From: an uncultured SAR86 cluster bacterium
GTDB lineage: Bacteria; Pseudomonadota; Gammaproteobacteria; Magnimaribacterales; D2472
DNA length: 64,000 nt
NCBI GenBank assembly: GCA_902514105.1
Contig: CABXPU010000002.1
Coordinates: forward strand, 7,441-71,440
Direction of reading: 5' to 3'
The notes beneath the pieces were generated by a model. That model was not told the origin of the DNA. It made no database searches and was given only the letters and a program-made list of their open reading frames with translations. How positions within the stretch are numbered: the stretch's first letter is position 1; every line of letters begins with the position of its first letter. This document shows, one piece after another, positions 44,559 to 55,460 of the stretch. Both the position numbers and the translations under genes were made by a program.

Positions 44559-46220
44559 TTAATCGGTTATTGCTCCAAGGCTTGCTGATTTTACACTTTT
44601 TGCATATTTTGCCAAGACGCCCTTTTTAGGTAGCTTAATAGGATTGGTCCATTCAGAAATTCTTTCAAGTATTTCTTCATCAGATATATCTATCATGAGA
44701 ACGTCTTTATCCGCATCAATTGTAATTTTATCTCCATCTTTGACAACAGCTAGCGGACCTCCGTCAAATGCTTCTGGTGTTATATGGCCCACAACAAAGC
44801 CATGAGTCCCCCCAGAAAATCTACCATCTGTTAAGAATGCAACCTTGTCTCCTAAGCCTTGGCCCATAATAGCTGATGTTGGTTTTAGCATTTCTCTCAT
44901 ACCTGGGCCTCCCTTGGGGCCCTCATACCTAATGATAATTACATCACCTGGGTTGATTAGTTTATTTAGGATTGCTTTTAGACCTTCCTCTTCTGAATTA
45001 AATACTTTTGCAATGCCGGTAAATGATGTTCCTTCTTTGCCTGTGATTTTTGCTACAGCACCCTCCGGAGCCAAATTACCATATAAGATTCTTAAGTGGC
45101 TATTATTTTTTATAGGATTATCTAAACCTAAAATTATAGATTGGTCTTTGGTGTAGCCAGATACATTCTTTAAGTTCTCTTTAAGCGTTTTACCTGTTAC
45201 TGTTATGCAATCTCCATGAAGCAAACCTTTTTCAAAAAGCATCTTCATGACAGGCTCAATCCCACCCTGGGCATTTAGTTGGGACATAAAATGGCTTCCA
45301 AATGGTTTAAGGTCTGCAATTACAGGAGTCTTTTTGCCTATCCTGCTAAAATCATCTAAATTTAAATCAATGCCAATGGCATGAGCCATGGCTAATAAAT
45401 GCAATACTGCATTTGTAGAACCGCCCAAAGCTATAACGACTGTAATAGAATTCTCAAATGCCTTTTTTGTCATAATGTCTGATGGTTTGATGTCTTTTTC
45501 TAGCAATCCCATAACAGCTCTTCCCGCAGCTTCACAATCTTCAATTTTATTGTTGGATAAAGCGTCTTGACTGCTGCTCCCTGGCAAACTCATTCCAAGA
45601 GCTTCAATAGCAGAAGCCATTGTGTTTGCAGTATACATCCCTCCACATGAACCAGGGCCTTTAACTGATATGGTCTCAATTTCTATTAATTCTTCTTCAG
45701 AAATATCACCTTTTGCATATTCACCAACTTTCTCGCAAACTGTTACATAGTCTGTATTTTCTTCACTTGGTCTTATTGAGCCTCCATAAATAAAAATAGA
45801 TGGTCTGTTAAGGCGAGCTAATCCGATGAGACAGCCAGGCATATTTTTATCACAACCACCAATAGCTATAACACCATCATATCCAAGGCAACCAACAACA
45901 GTTTCTATCGAATCAGCAATAACTTCTCGAGATACTAAGGAATATTTCATTCCTTGGGTGCCCATGGATATACCATCAGAAACAGTAATGGTATTAAATA
46001 ATACTCCTTTACCCCCTGCTTCATTAATTGAATCCTCAACCACGTTAGCTAAATCATTAATATGCATATTGCATGGAGTGACTTTTGCACCAGTTGAGGC
46101 GATTCCTACAAAAGGCTTACTAAAGTCTTCTGATGTAAAACCCGCTCCTCTTAACATAGATCTTGATGCAGCCTGATGAGGCCCATCTACAAGATCTTTT
46201 GAATATTTCCTATTTACCAT
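44559..46220 (-). CDS. ilvD: Dihydroxy-acid dehydratase
   Basis: 553-aa ORF with Fe-S cluster ligand motifs ([22 protein letters not shown]) and the conserved C-terminal GPGMREM. Confidence 0.96.
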   Translation of the reverse strand: MVNRKYSKDLVDGPHQAASRSMLRGAGFTSEDFSKPFVGIASTGAKVTPCNMHINDLANVVEDSINEAGGKGVLFNTITVSDGISMGTQGMKYSLVSREVIADSIETVVGCLGYDGVIAIGGCDKNMPGCLIGLARLNRPSIFIYGGSIRPSEENTDYVTVCEKVGEYAKGDISEEELIEIETISVKGPGSCGGMYTANTMASAIEALGMSLPGSSSQDALSNNKIEDCEAAGRAVMGLLEKDIKPSDIMTKKAFENSITVVIALGGSTNAVLHLLAMAHAIGIDLNLDDFSRIGKKTPVIADLKPFGSHFMSQLNAQGGIEPVMKMLFEKGLLHGDCITVTGKTLKENLKNVSGYTKDQSIILGLDNPIKNNSHLRILYGNLAPEGAVAKITGKEGTSFTGIAKVFNSEEEGLKAILNKLINPGDVIIIRYEGPKGGPGMREMLKPTSAIMGQGLGDKVAFLTDGRFSGGTHGFVVGHITPEAFDGGPLAVVKDGDKITIDADKDVLMIDISDEEILERISEWTNPIKLPKKGVLAKYAKSVKSASLGAITD

Positions 46221-46226
46221 AATTAA

Positions 46227-47825
46227 TTAATTTGTTGCATATTTTAAAGCAGCTGTAAGTAATTTGTTGGTATATTCTTTTTTTGGATTATCAAAAACCT
46301 CATCTGCCTTTCCAGATTCAACCAAATTCCCATCTTGCATGACAAATATATAGTCAGATACAGATCTTATAACCTTCAGATCATGGCTTATAAATAAATA
46401 TGTTAGCTTGTATTTATCTTGTATTGTTTTCAGTAGATCAATTATCTGAATTTGTATTGATCTGTCTAAAGCAGATGTTGGCTCATCTAAGATCATAAAG
46501 GCTGGTTGAAGGATGATAGACCTTGCAATAGCAATTCTTTGTCTTTGCCCTCCTGAAAACTCATGAGGGTATTTAAATTTCATATTTGGATCAATGCCAA
46601 CATCTAACATTGCTTCTTCAATTTTTATATTTTTCTCACTTTTACTTAGTTCAAAATGAACATCTAGCCCCTCTCCAATAATTTCACCTATTGTCATTCT
46701 GGGAGAAAGAGATCCATATGGGTCTTGAAAAACAATCTGAATATCTTTTTTCAGATTTTTCATTTCGCTTGCAGTATATGATTGCATATCTTTACCCTGA
46801 TAAAAGATATCACCCCCATAATCAATTAAATTTGCTATAGCTCTTCCTAAAGTAGATTTTCCTGATCCTGATTCTCCAACTAGGCCAATGGTAGTATTTT
46901 TTTGAATATCAAAAGAGATTTCTTTTACTGCATGAAATCTGTTCTTTTTAAAAAGATTTATTGATGGAATGTCATAAAAAACATTCAAGTTACTAACTTT
47001 TATCATAGAGCTTGACTCTGAAATTAAATCAACCTTTGGCGGTGGCTCGGCAGCTAATAACTTTTTAGTATAGTCGTCTTGAGGGTTGTCAAAAATTAAT
47101 TCTGTATTTCCTTGCTCGACAATCTTGCCATCTTTCATAACACTTACTGTGTCAGAAAATTCTCTTACGAGACCCAAATCATGAGTAATAAAAAGTATAG
47201 ACATGCCAAGTTCAGCCTTTAATTTCCCCATTAAATCAAGTATCTGAGCTTGAATAGTCACATCAAGAGCAGTTGTCGGCTCATCTGCTATTAATAGTTT
47301 TGGCTTGTTAACTAATGCCATAGCAATCATAACTCTTTGTCTTTGGCCTCCAGAAAGTTCATGAGGGTATGCATCAAATCTTCTTTTAACATCCGGAATT
47401 TCTACTAACTCCATAAGGTCCATAGCTTCTTTTTTAGCTTCTGATTTTTTTAAATTTGAGTGGAGTAAGCATGACTCCATGATTTGTTTTCCTACTCTAT
47501 GGTAGGGATTTAATGATGTCATGGGTTCCTGAAAAATCATAGAAACTTGATTGCCTCTAATTGATCTCAATTCACTTTTAGACGCATTTAAAATATCAAT
47601 ACCATTGAAGAATATTGATGATTCTTCTCCATAAGATGATTTTAATTCTGGTAAAAGTTGAAGAATGGACATAGCTGTAACTGACTTACCTGAACCAGAT
47701 TCGCCAACTAAAGCCATTGTCTCATTAGTATTTAAATCTAAATTAATAGAATTAACTGCTCTAAATTTTGTATTTCTAACATTAAAGTCTACTGATAGAT
47801 TCTTTATTTCTAATAATTTATTCAT
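46227..47825 (-). CDS. ABC transporter ATP-binding protein with two fused ATPase domains (Opp/Dpp-type, YejF-like)
   Basis: It has two Walker A motifs (GESGSGKS twice), two LSGGQRQR-type signatures and two Walker B motifs. The oligopeptide-type C-terminal extensions (DNPQDDYTKKLL, DNPKKEYTNKLL) are also present. Confidence 0.87.
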   Translation of the reverse strand: MNKLLEIKNLSVDFNVRNTKFRAVNSINLDLNTNETMALVGESGSGKSVTAMSILQLLPELKSSYGEESSIFFNGIDILNASKSELRSIRGNQVSMIFQEPMTSLNPYHRVGKQIMESCLLHSNLKKSEAKKEAMDLMELVEIPDVKRRFDAYPHELSGGQRQRVMIAMALVNKPKLLIADEPTTALDVTIQAQILDLMGKLKAELGMSILFITHDLGLVREFSDTVSVMKDGKIVEQGNTELIFDNPQDDYTKKLLAAEPPPKVDLISESSSMIKVSNLNVFYDIPSINLFKKNRFHAVKEISFDIQKNTTIGLVGESGSGKSTLGRAIANLIDYGGDIFYQGKDMQSYTASEMKNLKKDIQIVFQDPYGSLSPRMTIGEIIGEGLDVHFELSKSEKNIKIEEAMLDVGIDPNMKFKYPHEFSGGQRQRIAIARSIILQPAFMILDEPTSALDRSIQIQIIDLLKTIQDKYKLTYLFISHDLKVIRSVSDYIFVMQDGNLVESGKADEVFDNPKKEYTNKLLTAALKYATN

Positions 47826-48832
47826 AGTATCTTTTTATAATCTTCTAAAAAATCAAAAGCGGCAAATTTAGCTGCTTTTAGTTTGGTCGCTGTCACAAAT
47901 CCATGAAACATATTTGGATAATGAATATGATTTATAGATATACCAGCATTATTTAATATTGCTGCATACTTTTCACCCTCATCACTTAGCGGGTCAAAAC
48001 CTGCAGTAACAATCAAAGTTTTAGGATTTGATATATCTCTTGGAAACTTTGTTAAATTAAAACATGGATTATTATTATCCTCTTTAGAGCTTCTTAACTG
48101 GTCCCAAAACCAGACCATTGTATCACTTGTTAAAAGATACCCTTCGCCAAATAGACTATATGATTCAGAATCACATGAAGGATCTGTCATTGGATATATC
48201 AAGCATTGGCTCGATGGAAGTGTTTGATTATTTATTGCTAAGTGATTAGATGTAGCTGCTGCCAAATGCGCGCCAGCACTATCGCCGCAAAGACTAATAT
48301 TATCATTCTCATATCCTCTTTCATTTAACCAATTGAGGGATAAACAAGAATCTTCAAGAGCTTTTGGGAATTTATTTTCTGGAGCTAATCTGTAGTTAAG
48401 AGAAAATATTTTAGTGCCAAGGATATTACTCATTTCAGCAACCCATCTATCATGGGTTTCAACATCGCCAATAACATAGCCACCACCATGAAAATATAAG
48501 ATAACTTTTTCTGAAATAATTTTGTCAGGAATGTATTCTCTTAAGAGAATTCTTTCTGAACCAGAAGTTAATTCATGATTCTTAGTATGAACATTTTTTG
48601 AGGGTTTTATTGAAATGGGGGTCGCTATTCTTGCCTCATTAATAGCAACCCTAAGATCATCAACAAATTCAGTTTCAGCTAGCAAACTTTCTGGTGTCAA
48701 CGCTATAAATAATGAAGATTTAAAATCAATTACTTGACCTCTTAGATAAGTATCTTTTTTCCATATAAATAGTCTTAATACCCATGACGGTATTACAAAA
48801 AAAATATTAAGTAATAATCTGCGTAATGACAT
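47822..48832 (-). CDS. Alpha/beta hydrolase, hormone-sensitive-lipase family (family IV esterase/lipase)
   Basis: It has the HGGGY oxyanion motif, the GDSAGA nucleophile elbow, and downstream DPL and HGF catalytic residues. The N-terminus is hydrophobic. Confidence 0.8.
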   Translation of the reverse strand: MSLRRLLLNIFFVIPSWVLRLFIWKKDTYLRGQVIDFKSSLFIALTPESLLAETEFVDDLRVAINEARIATPISIKPSKNVHTKNHELTSGSERILLREYIPDKIISEKVILYFHGGGYVIGDVETHDRWVAEMSNILGTKIFSLNYRLAPENKFPKALEDSCLSLNWLNERGYENDNISLCGDSAGAHLAAATSNHLAINNQTLPSSQCLIYPMTDPSCDSESYSLFGEGYLLTSDTMVWFWDQLRSSKEDNNNPCFNLTKFPRDISNPKTLIVTAGFDPLSDEGEKYAAILNNAGISINHIHYPNMFHGFVTATKLKAAKFAAFDFLEDYKKIL

Positions 48833-48898
48833 ATAAATACTAACTATATAAAAATAAATAAATAATCTCTTGTAGCATTAATTTCATATAATGATCAG

Positions 48899-49354
48899 AT
48901 GCTATTAAGAGCGACTAACTTATTATACTTTTTATTGTTATTTATTCATGTAAACCTTTTTGCAAGCAACATATTGGATAAGATAAATGCTCAAGAAGAT
49001 ATTTTAGATGCAAAAGAAGCTTTTAAAATCTCATTATTAGTTATAAATAATGATGCTGTTATTAAATGGGATATTCAGCCTAAGCACTACCTGTATCTTG
49101 ATGATATAAATGTTCAATTCAACGATAAAAATATTGCTTTTGATATTAATAAGAGCTCTATCAGTGAATATGATGATATGTTTTTTGGAAAAGTATCTAT
49201 ATTAAGAGATATTTTTGAGATTTCTATAAGTTTGCCAGAGGCATTAAATCTAAAAAAAGATTATATAACCATTAAGTATAGAGGTTGTGCTGAAGCCGGT
49301 TTTTGTTATCCGTTTGAAACCTATAACTATAGAATTTCTGAGAAAATCCTATAA
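48899..49354 (+). CDS. Stand-alone DsbD N-terminal (alpha) domain protein
   Basis: It has a signal peptide and then matches E. coli nDsbD by eye: AFKISL..IKWDIQPKHYLYLDDI (compare AFAFDF..LTWQIKDGYYLYRKQI), MFFGK (cap loop EFYGK) and YRGCAEAGFCYPFET (compare YQGCADAGFCYPPET). The ORF ends 10 codons later. Confidence 0.8.
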   Translation: MLLRATNLLYFLLLFIHVNLFASNILDKINAQEDILDAKEAFKISLLVINNDAVIKWDIQPKHYLYLDDINVQFNDKNIAFDINKSSISEYDDMFFGKVSILRDIFEISISLPEALNLKKDYITIKYRGCAEAGFCYPFETYNYRISEKIL

Positions 49355-49386
49355 TACAAAGAAAAATACAGCTAAAATCATTAAAA

Positions 49387-49827
49387 ATGAAAATACTTTT
49401 ATTAAATGGTCCAAATCTTAATCTGCTTGGAAAAAGAGAAGAAGATATATATGGCAATATCAGTTTAGAGGATTTAAACGAAAGATTGATTTCTGTAGCC
49501 AAAAAAGAGGATTGTGAGTTTACATCTATTCAATCTAATGCAGAACATGAGCTAATTAATGAAATTCATAATGCTGGTGAGTCTAATACAGACGTTATTT
49601 TAATAAACCCAGCTGCATATACTCATACAAGCATAGCAATAAGAGATGCTTTGCTGGGTATAAACATACCTTTTTACGAGATCCATATTAGTGATATATC
49701 AACTAGGGAAGATTTTAGGAATAAATCTTATCTATCGGATATAGCAGAAAAGGTCTACTCAGGTCTGGGTGTTGATGGCTATGAAATGGCTCTAAATGAG
49801 GCTATATCTAAATTCAAAAATAAATAA
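49387..49827 (+). CDS. aroQ: 3-dehydroquinate dehydratase, type II
   Basis: 146-aa ORF beginning MKILLLNGPNLNLLGKRE, the typical type II DHQase N-terminus. It precedes accB and accC. Confidence 0.95.
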   Translation: MKILLLNGPNLNLLGKREEDIYGNISLEDLNERLISVAKKEDCEFTSIQSNAEHELINEIHNAGESNTDVILINPAAYTHTSIAIRDALLGINIPFYEIHISDISTREDFRNKSYLSDIAEKVYSGLGVDGYEMALNEAISKFKNK

Positions 49828-49828
49828 T

Positions 49829-50248
49829 ATGGATATTAGAAAAATTAAAAAATTAATTGAAATGCTTCAAGATTCTGATTTAACTGAAATAGAGGTAAGT
49901 GAAGGTGAAGAGTCTGTGAGAATCTCTCGTGGAAGTAATGATTCAATATCTGTTGAAAAGCCTCTGAAAGGTAGCAAATTAAAAAACGAGCCTAATGATG
50001 AGATTGAACCTGCTGGCAATACAGTCAAATCACCTATTGTAGGAACTTTTTATAGAAGACCTGCCCCAGAAAAGCCTCCTTATGTGAAAGTAGGAGACGC
50101 AGTAAAAGAAGGCGATGTTCTCTGCATAGTAGAAGCTATGAAAATGATGAATGAGATTAAATCAAAATTTAGCGGCAAACTTATTTCTATTATCCCCGAA
50201 GAAGGTCAACCGGTTGAGTTTGATCAGACCTTATTCATAATAGAATAA
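49829..50248 (+). CDS. accB: Biotin carboxyl carrier protein of acetyl-CoA carboxylase
   Basis: It starts MDIRKIKKLIEMLQDS and carries the biotinylation motif EAMKMMNEI. I moved the start from the ORF-track position 49796 to the ATG at 49829, just after the aroQ stop. Confidence 0.93.
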   Translation: MDIRKIKKLIEMLQDSDLTEIEVSEGEESVRISRGSNDSISVEKPLKGSKLKNEPNDEIEPAGNTVKSPIVGTFYRRPAPEKPPYVKVGDAVKEGDVLCIVEAMKMMNEIKSKFSGKLISIIPEEGQPVEFDQTLFIIE

Positions 50249-50249
50249 C

Positions 50250-51599
50250 ATGATTCAAAAAATACTTATTGCCAATAGAGGAGAAATTGCTTTACGAGCA
50301 ATAAGAGCATGTAAAGAATTGGGGATTCATACAGTTGCTGTCTACTCGAATGCTGATAAAGACCTTAAACATCTTAAATTTGCAGATGAAACTGTTTGTG
50401 TTGGCCCTGCCAGCCCTTCAGAGAGTTACCTTAATGTACCATCAATACTTTCTGCGGCTGAGGTCACAAATGTAACTGCTATATATCCTGGATATGGATT
50501 TTTAGCTGAAGATTCGAACTTTGCTAAACAATGCAAAGAAAGTGGTTTTAAATTTATTGGTCCTAGTTCAGAGATTATTAAAATAATGGGAGATAAAATA
50601 ACTGCAAAAACTTTTGCAGAAGAAGCTGGAATAGAAACTGTTCCTGGGTATAAAGACCCTCTTCCTGAAGATCCTAATGAAATTAAGATTATTGCAAATA
50701 ATGTTGGCTATCCTTTAATGATCAAAGCTACTGCCGGCGGCGGCGGAAGGGGTATGCGAATAGTGAACTCAGAGAATGATCTATTGCATTCAATAGAAAT
50801 AACTTCACATGAAGCCAAGAATGCATTTGGAAATAATACTATTTATTTTGAAAAATTTATATCTAATCCGAGACATATAGAAATCCAGATTGTTGCCGAT
50901 GGGAAGGGTAATGTGATTCATCTTGGAACTAGAGATTGCAGTCTTCAAAGAAAACACCAAAAAATAATCGAAGAGGCTCCTGCAAATGATATTAACCAAG
51001 AAAACTTATCCATTACTTTGGATGCATGCATTAAATTGTGTAAAGACATAAATTATGAGGGGGTAGGAACTTTAGAATTTTTATATGAAAACGAAAATTT
51101 CTACTTTATAGAAATGAATACAAGGATTCAGGTAGAGCATCCTGTATCTGAAATGATAACCGGTTTCGACATCGTTAAAGCTCAGATAAAAATTGCTCTT
51201 GGAATACCAATAACTCTTGATCAAAATAAGATTTCTATCAGGGGGCACGCAATTGAATGCAGGATAAATGCTGAAAATCCAAGAACTTTTGCCCCTAATC
51301 CTGGATTAATAAATAAAATGCACCCACCAGGAGGTTTTGGGATAAGATTTGATTCGCATATTTATTCTGGTTATGAGGTGCCTCCTTATTATGATTCTTT
51401 ATTAGCGAAGATAATAACAATGGCTAACTCTCGAAGTGCATGCATAAAAAGGATGAAAAGTGCTTTAGATGAATTTTTTGTTGAAGGAATTGACACTAAT
51501 CATTCTCTTCATCAAGATTTAATGAATGATAAGGTTTTTATAGAAAACAAACATACAATAAATTATTTAGAAAATGAGTTTTTAAAAGATTATGACTAA
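50250..51599 (+). CDS. accC: Acetyl-CoA carboxylase biotin carboxylase subunit
   Basis: 449-aa ORF with the ATP-grasp fold and the N-terminus [23 protein letters not shown]. Confidence 0.97.
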   Translation: MIQKILIANRGEIALRAIRACKELGIHTVAVYSNADKDLKHLKFADETVCVGPASPSESYLNVPSILSAAEVTNVTAIYPGYGFLAEDSNFAKQCKESGFKFIGPSSEIIKIMGDKITAKTFAEEAGIETVPGYKDPLPEDPNEIKIIANNVGYPLMIKATAGGGGRGMRIVNSENDLLHSIEITSHEAKNAFGNNTIYFEKFISNPRHIEIQIVADGKGNVIHLGTRDCSLQRKHQKIIEEAPANDINQENLSITLDACIKLCKDINYEGVGTLEFLYENENFYFIEMNTRIQVEHPVSEMITGFDIVKAQIKIALGIPITLDQNKISIRGHAIECRINAENPRTFAPNPGLINKMHPPGGFGIRFDSHIYSGYEVPPYYDSLLAKIITMANSRSACIKRMKSALDEFFVEGIDTNHSLHQDLMNDKVFIENKHTINYLENEFLKDYD

Positions 51600-54000
51600 A
51601 CCATACGAGCCCAATATTATTGAAAAAACTGTTCAAGCTTCTTGGGATAAAGAAAAACGTTATGAGGTCGTGGCTGATGATAGAGAAAAGTTTTATTGTT
51701 TGTCTATGTTTCCATACCCTTCAGGCAAATTGCATATGGGGCATGTTAGAAATTACACAATTGGTGATGTAATTTCTAGGTTCAAAAGAATGAATAATTA
51801 CAATGTTTTTCAGCCTATGGGCTGGGATGCATTTGGTTTGCCAGCAGAAAATGCAGCAATTGCCAATAAGGTTAACCCCAACGATTGGACTCAAAAAAAT
51901 ATTGAAAATATGAAAGACCAACTAAAGTCACTAGGTTTTAGTTATGACTGGTCTAAAGAACTTAGAACGTGTGATACAAACTATTACAAATGGGAGCAAT
52001 TAATTTTTAAAAAATTTGCTGATCGAGGTTTGGTTTATCGAAAAAAAGCTATTGTTAATTGGGATCCTGTTGATAATACAGTTCTTGCGAATGAACAAGT
52101 TATAGACGGTAAGGGTTGGAGATCTGGATCCCAGATTGAGATAAAAGAAATTGATCAATGGTTTCTAAAGATAACCGATTATGCTGAGGAATTATTAACA
52201 TCTTTAGAAAAATTAGATTGGCCTGAAAATGTTAAGACAATGCAAAAGAATTGGATTGGAAAGTCTATTGGCGCTGAAATAAAATATACATTAAAAGGTT
52301 CAGAAGAATCTCTAACAGCTTTCTCAACAAGACCAGATACAATTTTTGGCGTTTCTTTTATAGCCATTTCACCAAATCATAGTATTTCTACTGAACTAGC
52401 AAAAAATGATGATTCTCTGGCCCAATTTTTAGCCCAATGCAAAGAAATTTCAGCAGCAGAAGCCGATATGGCTAAAGCAGAAAAACTTGGTTATAAGACC
52501 AAGATAAAAGCTATCCACCCTATTACAAAAGAATTAATTCCTGTTTGGATTGGTAATTTTGTTTTATTAGATTATGGAACTGGTGTTGTGATGGGTGTTC
52601 CGGGACATGATCAAAGAGATTATGAGTTTGCTCAAAAATATGGAATTGATATTAAACAAGTAATAAAAGTTGATGACAATGACCAGCTACCTCTTTTAGA
52701 TAAAGGAAAGTTAATCAATTCTCCGGGGTTTGATGGAATGGCCTCAGATTCAGCTATTAAGAAAATAAATAAATATCTTGAAGAAAATAATTTAGGCAAG
52801 CAATTAACTCAATTTAGACTAAGAGATTGGGGTATTAGTAGACAAAGATACTGGGGCTGCCCCATTCCTGCTGTTTATGAAGATGGTGTCCCAAGAATCT
52901 TGGAAGAAAATGAATTGCCTGTAGAACTTCCTGAATTAGAAAAAAATTCGCCCCCAATACCCTTAAGTAAAAATAAAGATTTTATAAATATTTCAAATAA
53001 AACTAAAAGGGAAGCAGATACATTTGATACTTTTATGGATTCTTCTTGGTATTACGCAAGATTCCCGTCTGCAGACAATGATAAAGAGATTTTTGGTGAA
53101 GACTCTGACTATTGGCTTCCTGTTGATTTATATATAGGCGGTATAGAGCATGCCATATTACATTTACTTTATTCAAGGTTCTTTCATAAAGCGCTGAGAG
53201 ATATGGATATGGTAAAAGAGGATGAGCCTTTTAAGAAACTATTGACTCAGGGCATGGTATTAAAAGATGGGGCAAAAATGTCTAAATCTAAAGGAAATAC
53301 CGTTGATCCTCAGCCTTATATTGATAAATATGGAGCTGACACGGTTAGGTTGTATATGATGTTTACATCTCCACCCGAACAAAGCTTAGAATGGAGTGAG
53401 TCTTCAGTAGAAGGAGCTTCTAGGTTCTTAAAAAAAGTATGGTCTTTGGTTTCTTCTAGAAAATACAATGATTTTAAAGAAGACCCCGAATTTACTAAAG
53501 AAGATTTAGCTCTTAGGAGAAAAGCACACGCTACACTTAAGAAAGTAGAAAATGATTATGAAGTTAGATACTCTTTTAATACTGCTATAGCTTCCGTAAT
53601 GGAGCTACTGAATTTTATACCCGATGAATATAAAGCAAATGATGCTTCTGATGCTCAGAAGTTTTGTCTAGATGAAACTATTATATTTATCTTAAAAATG
53701 CTTGCTCCAATTACTCCTCATCTATCAGAGCATTTGTGGAATAGTTTTTTTGTCGATGATCTTGCTGTTGATGCATGGTGGCCTAAATTTAATAAAGATC
53801 TTCTTGAGGTTGAAGAGTTCGATTTAGTTGTTCAGGTTAATGGAAAAGTAAGAGGTAAAACAGTAATTAATAAAAATCTTGATGAAAAAGAAATTGAAAC
53901 TGAAGCTCTAAGTCTTGAGAATGTTAAAAACACTATTGGTGCAAATAAAATTAAGAAAGTCATTTATATTAAAGAAAAAATTATTAATTTTGTTATATAG
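51592..54000 (+). CDS. leuS: Leucine--tRNA ligase
   Basis: 802-aa ORF with the HIGH-type motif ([13 protein letters not shown]) and KMSKS. The order leuS-lptE-holA matches E. coli. Confidence 0.97.
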   Translation: MTKPYEPNIIEKTVQASWDKEKRYEVVADDREKFYCLSMFPYPSGKLHMGHVRNYTIGDVISRFKRMNNYNVFQPMGWDAFGLPAENAAIANKVNPNDWTQKNIENMKDQLKSLGFSYDWSKELRTCDTNYYKWEQLIFKKFADRGLVYRKKAIVNWDPVDNTVLANEQVIDGKGWRSGSQIEIKEIDQWFLKITDYAEELLTSLEKLDWPENVKTMQKNWIGKSIGAEIKYTLKGSEESLTAFSTRPDTIFGVSFIAISPNHSISTELAKNDDSLAQFLAQCKEISAAEADMAKAEKLGYKTKIKAIHPITKELIPVWIGNFVLLDYGTGVVMGVPGHDQRDYEFAQKYGIDIKQVIKVDDNDQLPLLDKGKLINSPGFDGMASDSAIKKINKYLEENNLGKQLTQFRLRDWGISRQRYWGCPIPAVYEDGVPRILEENELPVELPELEKNSPPIPLSKNKDFINISNKTKREADTFDTFMDSSWYYARFPSADNDKEIFGEDSDYWLPVDLYIGGIEHAILHLLYSRFFHKALRDMDMVKEDEPFKKLLTQGMVLKDGAKMSKSKGNTVDPQPYIDKYGADTVRLYMMFTSPPEQSLEWSESSVEGASRFLKKVWSLVSSRKYNDFKEDPEFTKEDLALRRKAHATLKKVENDYEVRYSFNTAIASVMELLNFIPDEYKANDASDAQKFCLDETIIFILKMLAPITPHLSEHLWNSFFVDDLAVDAWWPKFNKDLLEVEEFDLVVQVNGKVRGKTVINKNLDEKEIETEALSLENVKNTIGANKIKKVIYIKEKIINFVI

Positions 54001-54025
54001 TTAAATATAACTTGAAGGTTTCTTA

Positions 54026-54475
54026 ATGATAAATAAAATCTTAGCTCTATCCTTGATATTACTCGTCTCTTATGGATGTGGCTATGAGGTTATAAAGAAT
54101 CACAATGCTATTGCTATTGGTGGCATCAAATTCTCTGAAAGCATTCCCTCCTCTATAAAAATAAAACTTAAAGATATTAAGATAGATGAATCAGAAGACC
54201 TATTTTTATTAGTTGATAATTATGAAATAAAAGAAAGGAAAACTTATGGAGGTTCAGCATTAAGAGCATTAGAAGGCGAACTAAAGGGTGAGATGATAAT
54301 TATTCTTCTAAAAGATAATAAGCGTATCGTTGAAAAATTGGTCTCTATAAAAAACTATAATGTAACCGAATTAAACCCTTTAGCAGAAAAAGAAACAGTT
54401 AAGAAATTGGAAGAGCGCATACAAAGAGACCTAGTGCAGCAAATAATATTTGAGATACAGATGCATGAAATGTGA
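54026..54475 (+). CDS. lptE: LPS-assembly lipoprotein LptE (RlpB)
   Basis: 149-aa ORF with lipoprotein signal and lipobox (LLVSYGC). The call rests mainly on the conserved leuS-lptE-holA position. Confidence 0.68.
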   Translation: MINKILALSLILLVSYGCGYEVIKNHNAIAIGGIKFSESIPSSIKIKLKDIKIDESEDLFLLVDNYEIKERKTYGGSALRALEGELKGEMIIILLKDNKRIVEKLVSIKNYNVTELNPLAEKETVKKLEERIQRDLVQQIIFEIQMHEM

Positions 54476-55460
54476 AGCAATAAATCTTGGTAAATATCTC
54501 AAAAATTCATCAAACATTTTTTTTATATACGGTTCAGAGGTTATCCTAAAAAATCATGTTAAAAATAGGATACTTGAGAATCTTTCAAAAAGAGGATTCT
54601 CAGAAAAAATTACTCTAACTGACGAAAATTTTAAAGAAATTAAATCTACCATAGCTCAAAATGCTGGTGGTTCTTTGTTTGGATCAAACCTAATTATTGA
54701 GCTTAAGCACAACAATGGAAAAATTCCTGAGACTATTTCTGAGATTTTTACTAACGATGTGCCTAAATCAGAAAATATTTGCATCATTATTAATAGTCAT
54801 TCAGAAAAACTTAGTCTTGCATCAAAATGGGCAAAAAGTATGGATGAATTTTCTTTAATTGTTGAATGCAAAAAACTGAAGTCATTTGAAGAGCAGATCT
54901 GGCTTAAGAAGAATTTAAATTTTATACCTGATAATTATAAGACTGAAATAGTCCAATTATTATCTGAAATGCATTCTGGAAATTTAGTAGCTCAACAAAA
55001 TGAAATTGAACTACTAAAGCTTCTATATTCGGACTCTAGTAAAGAGATAAAAGATATATCTGATATTACCAATCATATAATCAGTTCAGCAGAATTTAGT
55101 CCATTTGAGCTTGAGGATGCAATATTACAAGGAGAAACAAAAAAAGCGCTTGAGATTGTTGGCTCTTTAAGAAGAGCTGATGCATATAGCGGACCTCTCC
55201 TTATATGGATAATGAGCAAAATAACAAATTTAGCTTCTTTAGCGTATCAGGATAAAAATCCAAAAGTTTTTTTAAAAAATAACGGCATTTGGCAATCGAA
55301 AATTAATGATTATTTGATTTTTATAAAGAAACAGAATCAAAGCAATCTGGATTTGGCGCAAAAAAATATATATGAATTAGAGCTCAGTCTTAAGGGTTTA
55401 ATTAAAAAAGATTTCTGGAGCGAGCTAGAGTCATTAATATTTAAATTGGGAACTAGCTAG
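54450..55460 (+). CDS. holA: DNA polymerase III subunit delta
   Basis: About 330 aa in the conserved position after lptE, with a delta-like N-terminal pattern (IFFIYGSEVIL). The start is either the ATG at 54450 or the one at 54465 (MKCEAI..), and both overlap the lptE 3' end. Confidence 0.72.
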   Translation: MRYRCMKCEAINLGKYLKNSSNIFFIYGSEVILKNHVKNRILENLSKRGFSEKITLTDENFKEIKSTIAQNAGGSLFGSNLIIELKHNNGKIPETISEIFTNDVPKSENICIIINSHSEKLSLASKWAKSMDEFSLIVECKKLKSFEEQIWLKKNLNFIPDNYKTEIVQLLSEMHSGNLVAQQNEIELLKLLYSDSSKEIKDISDITNHIISSAEFSPFELEDAILQGETKKALEIVGSLRRADAYSGPLLIWIMSKITNLASLAYQDKNPKVFLKNNGIWQSKINDYLIFIKKQNQSNLDLAQKNIYELELSLKGLIKKDFWSELESLIFKLGTS

